A stretch of 35,220 bases of DNA. Source: Octopus sinensis (Eukaryota). The position numbers and the translations under genes were made by a program. Shown here piece by piece: positions 10,756 through 22,490 of this stretch (position 1 is its first letter; each line of letters starts with the position of its first letter). A model generated the notes under the pieces. The model saw only the letters and a list, made by a program, of their open reading frames with translations, did no database searches and was not told the DNA's origin. The stretch is taken from assembly GCF_006345805.1 (NCBI RefSeq), contig NW_021829883.1, positions 1-35,220 on the forward strand. Reading direction: 5' to 3'.

Positions 10756-11371
10756 TAATATATAGTTATATAGATATATGTGAGTGTCTGTGTGTGTATC
10801 CGAACCGTCGGAAGAGCTAGATTTGTTCTTTGAGACTGTACGATGGCAATATAAATTACGCTCTAAGATGTACAAATACATGGATCCAATGATGAAGGTA
10901 TGTCTCATGGATGTGAGATTTTTATATGTATTTTTTACATGTATTGTTTTTGCTTCCTTTCATTCGAAAGATTACCTGTATATCATGCTCGTGTTGTTTC
11001 TCCAACCTGTTTGTTTGATCGTTTCTTTCTGTAATAGTAATCCCTTGTAATGGTCATCTATGATTGTCGAACACTCAGAAACAGTCTGTTCCCGTTATTT
11101 GGCGTTTGAAGCAACAGAGAATATTTAGTTTCTCTCTCTTGGTGAGAATATTATTTTAATCATTTACCATCTCTCAACGAAATGTTCATTTGTGTACGTG
11201 TTTCCTTTACCCGTTTTTCCTTGAAAAAACGTAAAAACCCTTATCGAAAGACATTCCATTTAACTTGCTTTCGCTTTCTCATGCCAAGACTTGTTTTTGG
11301 GCCTTGGTTTATAAATTTTGCGAATTCATTTCTTGTTCGTTGATTTTGTTCCTTTTCCCCCGCGGGACATA

Positions 11372-11822
11372 TAAAACTTAGATAAAACTTAGATATGTTT
11401 CGACCAAAGATTGGTCCAGGCCATGTCTAACTTAATAGCACCACCTGATAGGAATATTCGAATCCTGTTTAAGTCAAGTTTTGTTTATGGTCCATTCACG
11501 TAGTGAGTTCATGTTGGGTGAGTTGTATCCAATTATGGGTGGCTTATCTGGTATTCTTTGAAGGAATTTATCCAGACTCCGTTTAAAGTTGATGGGATCC
11601 TTTTCCTCTTTGATCTCCCTCGGGACAATGTTAAATAGGGCAGGGCCTGTTGAGGAAAAGAAATTATGTTGCAGTGTACATGTATGCTGTGATCTTGAAT
11701 TTGGCAGGGGACGTATGGCCCGTGGTCCCAGTCTTGGATGAACCTTGAAGCTAATGTTAAGGTCGTTTGGGCAAAGTTGGCGGTATATTCTCCACATCGT
11801 ACAAATGATGTACCGCTCATGC
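11372..11822 (-). mobile_element. 5'-truncated LINE fragment, related but distinct family
   Basis: ORF 11474-11824: ERYIICTMWRI...TGPALFNIVPREIKE...FKRSLDKFLQRIPDKP, homologous to the 9645 ORF; 3' UTR GGTGGTGCT...CATGGCC; tandem TATCTAAGTTT tail. Confidence 0.85.
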
Positions 11823-12888
11823 ATGTGTTTGTGTATTTTTATTTGAAGTGTTATTTAAGGACCTCGGTGTCTAACGAAATTAGTACTTCATTGAGTTATC
11901 GTGATATTTGATCATAATTTATAAGTGTTTGTGCGAGTGCGTGTGTGTGAGAGAGTGTCTGCGTGTTTGCGAACACTGATGAAGGATAGAAAAATATTTA
12001 TGATATAAGGGACAGTTTTTTTTTTTGTATTTTTTCCCGAATAATGCGAACTTATTCATATTACAAATACAGTAATCATCACCATCCGCATCATCATCAG
12101 CAGTAGCAGCAGCTGATGCTAATATCATTGTAGTTTATTTTTCTGTTTTGTGGCCATTCTGTAACATCACTAGAAATTTAGCTGCTGATATTTTTTTATT
12201 TTCTTATTACTGCTAATTATATTTTTTATCATTGTCCCCTATGCTGCTATTATCATTGGAACTGCTGTTTTCGCTTTCAAGTTATTTATATTTTATTCAT
12301 TTAGTTTTTGTTTTATTTTACTTATTGTCTTAAACTTCTGTTGCGTATAATGTGTCGATATACCTTTGTTTACATCATAAATCTTCTACATGATATTTTG
12401 TCTTGGTTTTCTCGCTGTGTTGGTGTGTCTGTGCTGATTGTATGTGTGTGTTGATCGCATGATTTTGTTTATACGACTTTGTCTTAAGCAGTAACCTTGT
12501 CATTTCGATTCCCTCTCCTACTTAACACTAGGACAATTCTGTCAGGAGTATACGCGATACTTTTCGTTTCAAAACAAAATAAACTGATTTATATAACATC
12601 TCTGAGACTGCAGTCAATGAAAGCAGAATTTTTGCTTTACAGTGGTGATATTTACTAAATTTAACTGTTAAACTGACTATAAAGAAGGGTTTCTCATCGA
12701 AATTCTAGAGATTTATTCTCCTCAAGGAAAACTAACATATCTAAAACATCCAATTTATTTATGTTTACCAGTTTTCTTATTCATGTTTAGGAAAATGTCT
12801 CAGGGATTTAGTTCCTTAAAAATAATTAAAATTGTTCTATTGATAGATATATAGTGTGAGACTGTCCTTATAATATTCACAGATCCGA

Positions 12889-13110
12889 AGACTGCAAACT
12901 GGAAGAATCGTTAGCACGCCGGGTAAAATAACTAACGGTATTTCGTCCGTCTTTACGGTCTGAGTTCAAATTCTGCCTTGGTCGGTTTTCTCTTTCATCT
13001 TTTCAAGGTCGATAAAATAAGTACCAGTTGAAGACTAGGGTCGATCTAATCGACTTAACCACCATACCCTTGAAATTGCTGGGATCGTGCCAAGATTTGA
13101 AATCAATATT
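12889..13110 (+). mobile_element. SINE family A copy
   Basis: GAATCGTTAGCACGCCGGG...GAGTTCAAATTCTGCC...GGTCGATAAAATAAGTACCAGTTGAAGACTAGGGTCGAT. Confidence 0.85.
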
Positions 13111-13580
13111 AACAGATCCGAAGGTTGCTGTATTAGGACATGTCCCTCCATCTCTCCCTCTCTTTCTCCCTCTCTCCCTCTCTCTTTTTCTCTCTCCCCC
13201 TCCATGTCTATCCTTATAGATAATCCGTCACCAGAAATAAGGTACTGTTTATGAGTCCAGAGTCGAAACTACACATGTTTTCTCCATATTTTTATATAAA
13301 GTTTTCAATAAAATTCGCTTTGATGTTTGTAAAGTAGATTCCTCTAAGGAGAATGTGTGACAAAAACTCTCGGTATATCCCCTAAATATAGGTAATAATA
13401 TTATTTCTCTCTGTAATCAGAGCCATCTTAGCAGCATTATAGTCCCGCAGGTACATCACTGCACTATAATATGCATTTACGTGCTATACGTACTAATTGC
13501 ATAAACCACAGCATAGAGATAATAGAATTGGGCCTCTAGACTTGAGAACCCAAGCAACTACCCAGTGTGTCCGCGATTCA

Positions 13581-13611
13581 TGACGTCACTGTTTGTAATG
13601 TATCAACCAAT
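13581..13611 (+). promoter_or_regulatory. Candidate promoter elements: palindromic CRE (TGACGTCA) and CCAAT box
   Basis: TGACGTCA at 13581-13588 and CCAAT at 13607-13611, inside a repeat-poor island with several CpGs. Confidence 0.3.
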
Positions 13612-14049
13612 AAGCAGAGAGAAATAACTTTTGGTGTTGCTTGCGTCGTCGATTATCGTTTAAAAAGGATAGTACGGTGGAAAAGTAGTTATGATAGATT
13701 GTTAGCTCTTACGCTAAACTTATCGTCTGTCTCAGAGAATTAGCTTGTGAAAGCGAAACGAAAGGTTTCCTCTGGAAATTTTTTTCTGGAGAAACTTGCT
13801 TCATTTTAACTTTATTAACACTAGTGTTGGCATGGTGCACCACATAATCTACAACAAAACGATACTAGCCACAGTAGTAACATTGGTACTTATAACAATT
13901 GTTACAAGCAATCACTAACAAGAACTAGCACAAAACACTTACAGAAGTGGGACTTTAAAAGAATATCAAAATTAATACCAACGAAACCAACATCAGCATG
14001 GATGAGAATATCAGTAAGTTTAAACAAACTGGTAGGCACATTATCATTT

Positions 14050-14268
14050 ATAATCCTTTCTAATTTTGGCGCAAGGCCTGAAAAATCGAGAATGGAGGCT
14101 AGTCGATTACATCGACTCCAGTGTATAACTGGTACTTATTTTATAGACTCTGAAACAATGAAAAGCAAAGTCTTCCTCGACAGAAGTTGAACTCGGAGCA
14201 TAAAGGCGGACGAAATGTGGCTAAATATTTTTTCGGGTGTACTACCGATTTTGCCAGTTCACCGCCTT
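14050..14268 (-). mobile_element. SINE family A copy (diverged)
   Basis: Reverse complement AAGGCGGTGAACTGGCAAAATCGGTAGTACACC...GAGTTCAAC...AAATAAGTACCAGTTATACACTGGAGTCGATG. Confidence 0.8.
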
Positions 14269-15058
14269 ATCCAGTATCTTTAATAAGAAGAAAGCACCAA
14301 CACTACCAACATTATAGGCAGCAACAACAAAAACAATGATAAAGTAGAAAACAATAACAGCATCAGTGCAACTATGTAACATAGATCTTTGGCCAAAGCC
14401 AACAAAACTTTCTGTTCGATCACTTTCAGTTCAATGAAGAACGTATAAAAGCGAATGACTTTAAATTAAGCCTTTCTTGAATTCTAGAACACGTAAGCCT
14501 GACTCTTAATCCGGTTTCCATGGCGTATACGTAACTGACATTTCGACTCTCTGTAGAACAGTACGCCATTTTTCTGCAGAGATAACTTCCCAGTTATTGC
14601 TGGGATTCATTTAAAGCTGGTTGGACTGAGCAAAGTTATGTGAAGTAAATTGCTTGACAACACAACGCAGAGCTCAGTCCGATAATTAAAGCCCTGATTT
14701 TACGATTGTAAGTGCAACAAACGAATACTAGGTTTCACCTCTTCAAAAAGTGAGCCAAGCCTTATATAAATATTGTATAAATATTATACCTCCTTTATAA
14801 AGAATAATAGAGATATAATATTTCACGATAACGAATTGATTTATTTCGTGAGCAGCATTATCCTGTATGATACATGAGCAGCGCTATCACGGGCATGTGC
14901 AGGAATAAATTGACGACATGACTGCAAAATATACTAGGGGGTGCTGAAAAGTTCCTGTCTTTAATGGTTTCGTGAAAGGTCTGGTTGGAGGCCCAAACTT
15001 TCGAGTTCGTTTACAAGGCTTTAGAAAACTGAAGGACAATGCAATAAGTTTGTTAAAA

Positions 15059-15494
15059 TCTCTTATTATAAAAGGCAGATTTTATCTGCCTCCCTTTGGG
15101 AGTTATACAAATCTACAATATAGGATTTCTTCAATCACAATTTACCTACCATTTTTAAGAGTACAATGCATCGCGTCATGCCAAGTCCAATTTTTAAAAT
15201 TTAAACTCCAATTAAGCAAAATTTACAGAAAACTCACATTCTGGTGTGTGTGTCAAATGCTTTTCTTAGTCTGGTTTACACCACACGCAAACGCACACAC
15301 ACAGTGGGCAACGAATAAAGTGAAACTAGATGTAATATTTGTTTCTCTCTATCACGCTGATAGATACATGAGTAAAATGTATGGGAAGCTAACACATAAG
15401 TGTGAGTGAAAATGTTCTTGGAAGAGAGTAAATAGCCAGAGATAGTGATTTGAGGAAGACTTTACATTAAATAACCGTACTGGCTTGTGTTAGT
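15059..15494 (+). mobile_element. Putative Helitron-like element with 5' TC end and degenerate 3' end
   Basis: A|TCTCTTATTATAAAAGGC start resembles the 16374 start; ends in TTAG|T without a clear hairpin or CTAG. Confidence 0.45.
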
Positions 15495-15524
15495 AATAAA
15501 GTAAACATACACTCATACATACAT

Positions 15525-15555
<31 letters not shown>

Positions 15556-16097
15556 TACATACATACACACATACATACACACATACATACATACATACAT
15601 ATACATACATACATATACATACATACATACACCACACACACCAATACACACACACAACACAGTATTGAAGCTTGAGAACAATCAGATATATTTGCAACAC
15701 ATCTGTTGAAAATATTATTGTTCACACACATACATATACATATATACATACAGACAGACAGACAGATAGACACACACACACACACACACAATGATCCAGC
15801 ATGGCCACAACCTCAAGGCTGAAACATATAAAAGAATAACAGAATATAAATGTGTGCATGTGTGTGAGAGAGAGAGAGTGTGTGTGTATATGTATGTATG
15901 TATGTATGTATGTATATAATATAATAATGCGGTTTTTTCAACAGCTTGAACTAAAAGTCAGAGGGGAATGGGATAAACTACTTATATTAACTTGCTATAA
16001 AGCAGGTAGTAATTTTATCTTGTCCTTATTCATAGTGCAAGTTTTGAAGAGTGCATTCGATTTTAACAGCTATTTTTTTCAAAGCTATATTGAACAC

Positions 16098-16355
16098 AGC
16101 CTAGAAGACGAGCCTCATCCTGAAAGATCTGTAGAACTCGACAAGGACATCCTGAAAACCCTGGTAGAACAAAATATCATCGTAACTGTTGAGGAACTAG
16201 CAGAGAAGCTTGGATTTGGTCATTCAACCATTCATTGACACCTGTGTGCTATCGGAAAAGTCAGCAAATTGGGTCAATGGGTTCCTCACGAACTTTCCGA
16301 GTCTAATTGCATGCAGAGAGTGAATGTATGCTTTTCTTTGCTGTCACATCTCACC
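16098..16355 (+). pseudogene. Internal mariner transposase fragment (HTH to WVPHEL)
   Basis: SLEDEPHPERSVELDKDILKTLVEQN...TVEELAEKLGFGHSTIH*HLCAIGKVSKLGQWVPHELSE; WVPHEL is a mariner signature. Confidence 0.88.
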
Positions 16356-16373
16356 ACTACTGCGCTATGTATA

Positions 16374-17010
16374 TCTATATATATAAAACTGTAGTTGTGT
16401 GAGTGCCTGTCCCCTTCGATTTAGATTCCTAACTACTCCCACATTTTGCGGTGCAGTTTAACCAAATTCGGGTAGCTTATAGTCGTGATTCATATCGAGC
16501 CCGTCTGTGTATTAGCGCGCGTCTACGATGAGTCTACGATTTTAAAAATAATTTAACATCATTTTTTATTCCATTTTAATGCATAATTTTTCGTGTGTCG
16601 ATGGCGGCGGAGTTGGCATCCACGCTCACACCTGCACCTGTGGGGGGAAGGGGTGCAAGGAAATCAACGTCGTAATGCGTTGTCAAGGAGACCAGCGTTC
16701 TTTTAGAACAACGACTTCATGGCTTGAAGACATCAAAACAGAAATGGCTAAGAAAGCGTCTACATGAGTCTACGATTTAAAAAAAATTTACCATCGTTTT
16801 TTTTCCATTTTAATGCATTTTTTCACTATTATATAAGGGAAGTAACTCTCTAAAAATGTCTACGATGAGTCAACGATTTTTCAAAAAATTTACCATCATA
16901 TTTTTTCCATTTTTAATGCATTTTTTGCTATTTTTTGGCTATAACTCTCTAAAAATGCTTATATAGTTATTTCCCTTACAAACCCGAGCAACGCCGGGCG
17001 ATACTGCTAG
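16374..17010 (+). mobile_element. Non-autonomous Helitron (637 bp)
   Basis: A|TCTATATATATAAAA 5' end; subterminal hairpin CCCGAGCAACGCCGGG; CTAG|T 3' end; no TSD; three internal ~65-bp repeats starting near 16521, 16758 and 16858. Confidence 0.85.
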
Positions 17011-18569
17011 TCATAAATAAATAATATTCTTGCATTTCCTTTTAATTAAAACCAGGAACTTTTCGGAACCCCATAGTATCTACTGCCAAGTGAAAATTAA
17101 AGACAAAAGCCACAAAAGCGACAGCATCGGCAAGAACGATGACCAATAAAAGCAAAAATTAAAAAGATAACAACAACCACAAGTACAAAATAAATATCTT
17201 GAATAAGAAGCAGCAAACAATAAGGAGAGATAATAGTAAATATAACGACAGCAATATCAACAGCAATAACAAGGACAAGTATAAAGCCACAGTAACTACA
17301 GCAATAAAAATTACTAATAGTCTCCGAAATAACAGTTATTTTAACGAGCAAAAAAGAAGCCATGGAATTCATAAAATTACAAGTACATTTGACTCTCTTT
17401 CTCTCTTTCTCACTTTCTCTCTCTCTCCCTCCATATCTCCCTCTCTTTCTCTCTCTCCTTTCTCTTTCTCTCTCTCCCTCTCTTTCTCTTTCTCTCTCTC
17501 TCTAAAAAAAGAAATAAAATAAATAGAAACCAATGAAATGGGAGCAGACTTCACTCTTTACATTCCTGCACATATCCGGACCAGAAACCAGTTCTCCACA
17601 CTTCCCTCTGATTGCAACGAATTGGCGCAGCTGTTAGGACATCTCTCAGAATGCTTCGTGGTATTTATTCTGATTCCCTTCGCCCTGTGTCCATATAGTG
17701 CCAAAGTCAACATTACCATTCTTCCTTTCGGTTTTGATAAAACACACACAAAAAAAAGCGACAGACAAGAGTGTTGGTTAGGTAGAGCTGTAAGAATGTC
17801 GGACATGATGCCTTGCGTTGCTTTGTCTCTGTTTTATGAGTTCAAATCCAGTTAAGGCATACTTGGGAGGAATGTATAACGCTTCGTTCGGTTTCATACC
17901 ACCAGCGGGCACACTCAGATAATTATTCGTTGCGAGCATCCTGCCTGGTTTCTAATTCCAAGATACCGTCCAGTCTCTCTACCACCAATTTTACAGGCCT
18001 TGTAATAGGTCATGGGGATATTGCTTTAACTCAGAAATATATGCCAACGAGAGAGACTCTATGTGTTTGATCGACCTACAAGAAATACTAGTCATATATT
18101 CACCAAATTACATCCTAATGTTTCAATAAAAGAAGAAAAAGACGGAGAATATCTGGGAGTACAAAAATCTGCAAGACCTTCCTACGCTTTAAGAGATGAT
18201 GAACACAAGATTACTTCCTACAGAAATTTGCTGCAAAGTAGGAGGCCAAACAAAATTTACACTGAATTAAAAAGTGAAAGAGAAGAACACACATACACAC
18301 ATACATATATGCAGGCACTTATCCATACAAACATACATACATGCATATGTACGTTCGTCATACCAATCTTGTGAAATTAGGCTGCTCAAAACCAGAAAGG
18401 AAGACTACAGATCCAATTCAATCACTGGTACTGTAAAAACCTGTACAACTTTCCAGAAGTTTATCATTTAAATATATACGAGCATGTCTAGATATGCAAC
18501 TATATGCTCAAGAATACATACATAAAAACATACAAATCTGCACATACGTTCATAATACCTACATACAAA

Positions 18570-18583
18570 CATATACACACACA

Positions 18584-18614
<31 letters not shown>

Positions 18615-18672
18615 TCATGCATACAGATAGAACAAATAAATACATACATACATACATACATACATACATACA

Positions 18673-18706
<34 letters not shown>

Positions 18707-18724
18707 CATACATACATATATATA
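18570..18724. repeat. (CATA)n microsatellite
   Basis: Seen directly. Confidence 0.9.
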
Positions 18725-19048
18725 CGAAGGTAAATAGGAAAGTAACGAACTCTACATTATGTCTTCTCTTATCTCTTCTCTCACCACCTTCGACCATAAG
18801 CCTGGCCCATTCAAATATGGTTAAACTGGAAAGAAACACGAACGCCAACAACAACCCCTACATTTTCTTCTTTACTGTTCCACCACTAATCCCCGGCACT
18901 AGAAAAATTATGTGCACTGCTTTCTCGTCTATGACTAATCTGCGAACATTTTTACCTTTAACAAAACACAGACTTATTCTATTTTGTTATCTTTACTTAC
19001 AGTTTCTGTATAAATCACAAATATTTATCGATTATTCATCAGATATAT

Positions 19049-19371
19049 CTAAAAAAGAACTCCGCCGTTACGACGACGAGGGTCCCACTGATACGATCAA
19101 CGAACAGCTTGCTCGTGAAATTAACGTGCAAATGGCTGAGCATTCCACAGACACGTGTACCCTTAACGTAGTTCTCGGGATAATCAGCGTGACCACAGAG
19201 AGTGACAAGGCTGACCCTTTGAATAACAAGTACCTCATTTTTGCCAGCTGAGTGGACTGGAGCAACGTGAAATAAAGTGTCTTGCTCAAGGACACAACGC
19301 GTCGCCGGGAATCGAACTCACAACCTTACGATCATGAGCCGAATGCCCTAACCACTAAGCCACGCGCCCTC
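19049..19371 (-). mobile_element. SINE family D (tRNA head, CORE-like), intact with 12-bp TSD
   Basis: Head GGGCGCGTGGCTTAGTGGTTAGGG...GAGTTCGATTCCC, CORE-like GTGTCCTTGAGCAAGACACTT; TSD CATCAGATATAT at 19037-19048 and 19372-19383. Confidence 0.92.
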
Positions 19372-19660
19372 CATCAGATATATACATGTTTAAAGTTTAC
19401 AAGTTTAGTATGAACACCTAAACGTTTGGTATAGCCTCCTAAATAGTCTAGTTTAGTATAATCCCTACAGAAATGAGAGGAGGAATATTTTACCTCCCGT
19501 TTTGATTACATTACTATTCTGTGACACAGGGTCACTCGGGATCTGTTTATGACATGACATCTCTGAGTTTCCGTCCCTTAACGGTTTACATTCGATGATT
19601 TATGCGCAGGAACATATAAATCAAAATAACAATTAATTCTCGTAGGTTCTCATTAATAAA

Positions 19661-19687
19661 ATCTATCTATTTATCTATCTATCTATC

Positions 19688-19736
<49 letters not shown>

Positions 19737-19759
19737 ATCTATCTATCTATCTATCTCTA

Positions 19760-19821
<62 letters not shown>
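19661..19821. repeat. Compound (CTAT)n(CT)n(TA)n microsatellite
   Basis: Seen directly. Confidence 0.95.
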
Positions 19822-19824
<3 letters not shown>

Positions 19825-19934
19825 ACTACAGATATAGGGTGAAACATAATTAATTTAATAAAATCAACAGATTTCACCTAGTAGCATTTCGGTATGGAAA
19901 AGGACCATATTCGGTAAAAATTTATATAGTTATA

Positions 19935-20136
19935 ATAATAAGGGGATTTTGCAACAAGTTGCTTAACCACTGTATGATTTCATTATTTTTCTTCTTTTTT
20001 TGCCATATGTGAGTTACAAATATTGTTGTCTGTGGAGACTTATTTTTGTAGTAAAAGGAAATAGTAGACTTTTGGCTGCTATTTCTAAAATTTTCGGTAT
20101 GTATTTAAGTAACTTGTTGCAAAAAACCCTTATTAT
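19935..20136. repeat. 32-bp inverted repeat pair (MITE/foldback-like)
   Basis: 19935-19966 versus 20105-20136, 29/32 complementary. Confidence 0.8.
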
Positions 20137-20225
20137 ATATATATATGTGTGTGTGCGTGTGCGTGCATGTGTGTGTGTGTGTAGACAGATATATATATAT
20201 ATATATAATACCTACATATTATACT

Positions 20226-20779
20226 AAAGAATGCCTTCTTCTCTTCACTAAGACTTGGAAAGATACACACGTATCTGAATCAGCCTTCACAGTGATCAAG
20301 AGATTTGGTGAATTTCTTCATCACAACAAGTTTCAACACAGGTTTTGCAAACATTGTGGGGAGCCCAGGTTTTGTCCTGGTCTACAAGTGCTACTTTAAA
20401 GTAAGCAAGATACACCTTCTTGACAAAGTTATCAATGTGGTGCCTTTGAGCCTGTGGAGTGGAGTTTCTCCAGATGTAAGTGAAGATGTCGTGGTAATTA
20501 ATTACAGCGCGTTCTTCTTTTTGATGTATCCATAACCAGAACACAGTGGTTCAGTTCACACCAGAAAATGGTTATAAAGTAAACCGCAGCTTGAGCATGA
20601 GGTGGGTAAAGTTAACTTTTGGTATGCTCCAGATAAATTATGGTATATACCAATGCCACAAAAACGTGATGTAATAGAGCAAGTCTTAAGTCCGTTTTGG
20701 AATCAGGACCCCAAAATTAGTCTAAAGCAGCTCTAAGATATTTGGCCACAAAATAAAAGTTTTATCCTCTTGACCAGTG
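20226..20779 (-). mobile_element. Internally deleted DNA transposon remnant with transposase-like N-terminus
   Basis: Minus ORF QRHHIDNFVKKVYLAYFKVALVDQDKTWAPHNVCKTCVE resembles a widespread invertebrate transposase-like family (GDQDKxWAPHxxCxxC, from memory); terminus TTGACCAGTG|TA at 20779. Superfamily not determined. Confidence 0.65.
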
Positions 20780-21294
20780 TATTGTGTAAACCCGTTTAGA
20801 GCAAAGTATGGTTGAATGCAAATCGATCAATTCTAAGCTACAGTTGATTACGATATCTGGGACTATAAATATCTGTGAGACCTACTTAAGATTTAAAGGA
20901 TGTTGGTTAAAACATGATTAACATAGGTTAATTTTATATCGTAATTGAAATGCTAGGCTGGTTTCCGAGAGATAAGTAAATAGATAGTTCAAAATGGCAG
21001 GTTTCTTTAATTCTTGCTAAAACTAATTATAATTACTTAGTAATTCTCTTGTCGTTACTTTGGCAACAACCTTATAATTAAACCAGAACTGGTCGACAAA
21101 TACCACCCCTTTTGCAGAAACGATTTAGATATCATTATTAATTGACTAACTTTGACTTTTTCTTTATCTCTCTCTGTCTCTCTCTCTCTCTCTGTCTGTC
21201 TCTCTCTCTCTCTCACTCTCTCTCTCTCTCTCTTCTTTCTTTTTGTTTTCTTATTATTGTATTTTTCTTTGAGTTGGTATTTCTATTTTTGTTA

Positions 21295-21500
21295 TCTAGC
21301 AGAATCATTAGCGCGGCGGATAAAATGTTCAGCCACATTCCTTCCGGATCTTTACGTTCTGTGTTCAAATGCCGCCGAGATCAACTTTGACTCTCACCTA
21401 TCTAGGGTCCATAAAATGAACCCCAGTTGAAGACTAGGTTCGATGAATTCGATATTCCCTTCCCCTCAAAATAGCGGGTCTTGAAACAACATTAGAAAGA
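21295..21500 (+). mobile_element. SINE family A copy running into (ATT)n
   Basis: GCAGAATCATTAGCGCG...GTTCAAATGCCGCCGAGATCAACTTTG...CAGTTGAAGACTAGG. Confidence 0.8.
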
Positions 21501-21501
21501 A

Positions 21502-21553
<52 letters not shown>

Positions 21554-21615
21554 TACTATTATTATTATTATATTATTATTACTATTACTATTATTATTAT
21601 TATCATTATTATTAC
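21500..21615. repeat. (ATT)n microsatellite
   Basis: Seen directly. Confidence 0.95.
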
Positions 21616-21780
21616 TACTGAGTGAGAGAGCAATGCATGCCGTGAAAGTGACCCTGGGGTACGAATATACGAAGCCTAACATACTCATGATAACTACCCG
21701 TCTGATAAGGGTACACAAGGCACATGCATCACAACCATATGTGCGCGACATGGTGATCTCATATCAAGATAAAAGTGCAT
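21616..21780 (-). mobile_element. Probable non-LTR retroposon 3' fragment ending in a (TAA)n tail
   Basis: Complex 165-bp block whose minus strand ends GCTCTCTCACTCAG directly into (TAA)n; family not confirmed. Confidence 0.4.
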
Positions 21781-21827
21781 ATCATCATCATCATCATCAC
21801 CATCATCATCATCATTACCATCATCAG

Positions 21828-21886
<59 letters not shown>

Positions 21887-22146
21887 CCACCATCATCATC
21901 GTCGCCATCATCACCATCATCACCACCATCACCACAATCACCACCATCATCACCATCATCATCACCATCATCATCACCATCATCATCACCATCATCATCA
22001 TCATCATCAACATCATCATCATCATCATCATCATCATCACCATCATCATCACCATCATCATCACCATCATCATCATCATCACCACATCATCATCATCATC
22101 AACATCATCATCATCATCATCATCATCATCACCATCATCATCACCA
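21781..22146. repeat. Long (CAT/CAC)n trinucleotide microsatellite
   Basis: About 365 bp, seen directly. Confidence 0.95.
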
Positions 22147-22262
22147 TCTTTGTCAATATTTTAATGCCATTTTCTTGTTCTTGTTAATCTTAGCATCTTA
22201 CTTGATGAAACACCAGCCCCTGTACTTCTGTTTCTTTCTTATCTTCTCTGTTTCTTTTTCAG

Positions 22263-22490
22263 GGCGATGTCGTCATCATCATTATCAAGACCATCCTCTC
22301 ATTTTCATCACCACCTTTATCATCATCATTCTCATCGTCGTCATCTTCATCATCACCAACCATCCAGCAGCAGAAGCACCACCACCACAACGCCGCCACC
22401 ACCACCACCACCATCACCACCACAATTTCCGTATCATCATCACCACGTGATATTACTATGCTCACAGCATGACATACAGATTCGCTGCAG
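22263..22490 (+). other. Candidate internal exon (228 bp, His/Ser/Pro-rich frame open throughout)
   Basis: Long polypyrimidine tract ending TTTTTCAG| at 22262; CAG|GTAACT donor at 22490/91; length divisible by 3. Confidence 0.4.

Larger units (their letters stand above)
14934..17076 (+). mobile_element. Mariner-type MITE split by a large internal insert (arms 14934-15058 and 17011-17076)
   Basis: TIRs CTAGGGGGTGCTGAAAAGTTCCTG and CAGGAACTTTTCGGAACCCCATAG; TA at 14932-33 and 17077-78; left arm keeps a KLKD-CNK-like transposase C-terminal remnant. Confidence 0.72.

Noticed and set aside
10970-11100. Minus-strand CAG|GTAATC donor after a purine-rich stretch
   Set aside because: No clear acceptor or sustained reading frame leading to the donor.
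11975-12000. CTGATGA followed by GAAA
   Set aside because: No stem II pairing between the boxes.
14972-15409. 145-aa ORF
   Set aside because: Crosses the junction of a mariner arm and a Helitron-like insert; no recognisable domain.
16521-16925. Repeat-spacer pattern resembling a CRISPR array
   Set aside because: Eukaryotic context, long degenerate repeats with unequal spacers, inside a Helitron, no cas genes.
18817-19251. 144-aa ORF
   Set aside because: The second half is antisense to a TSD-bounded SINE; chance open frame.
19300-19371. tRNA-like sequences here and at ~23990-24055 and ~30640-30703
   Set aside because: They continue into SINE bodies and lack a proper acceptor stem; these are SINE heads, not tRNA genes.
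21633-22187. 184-aa poly-histidine ORF
   Set aside because: A retroposon fragment read into a pure (CAT)n microsatellite; several frames are open simply from repeat composition.
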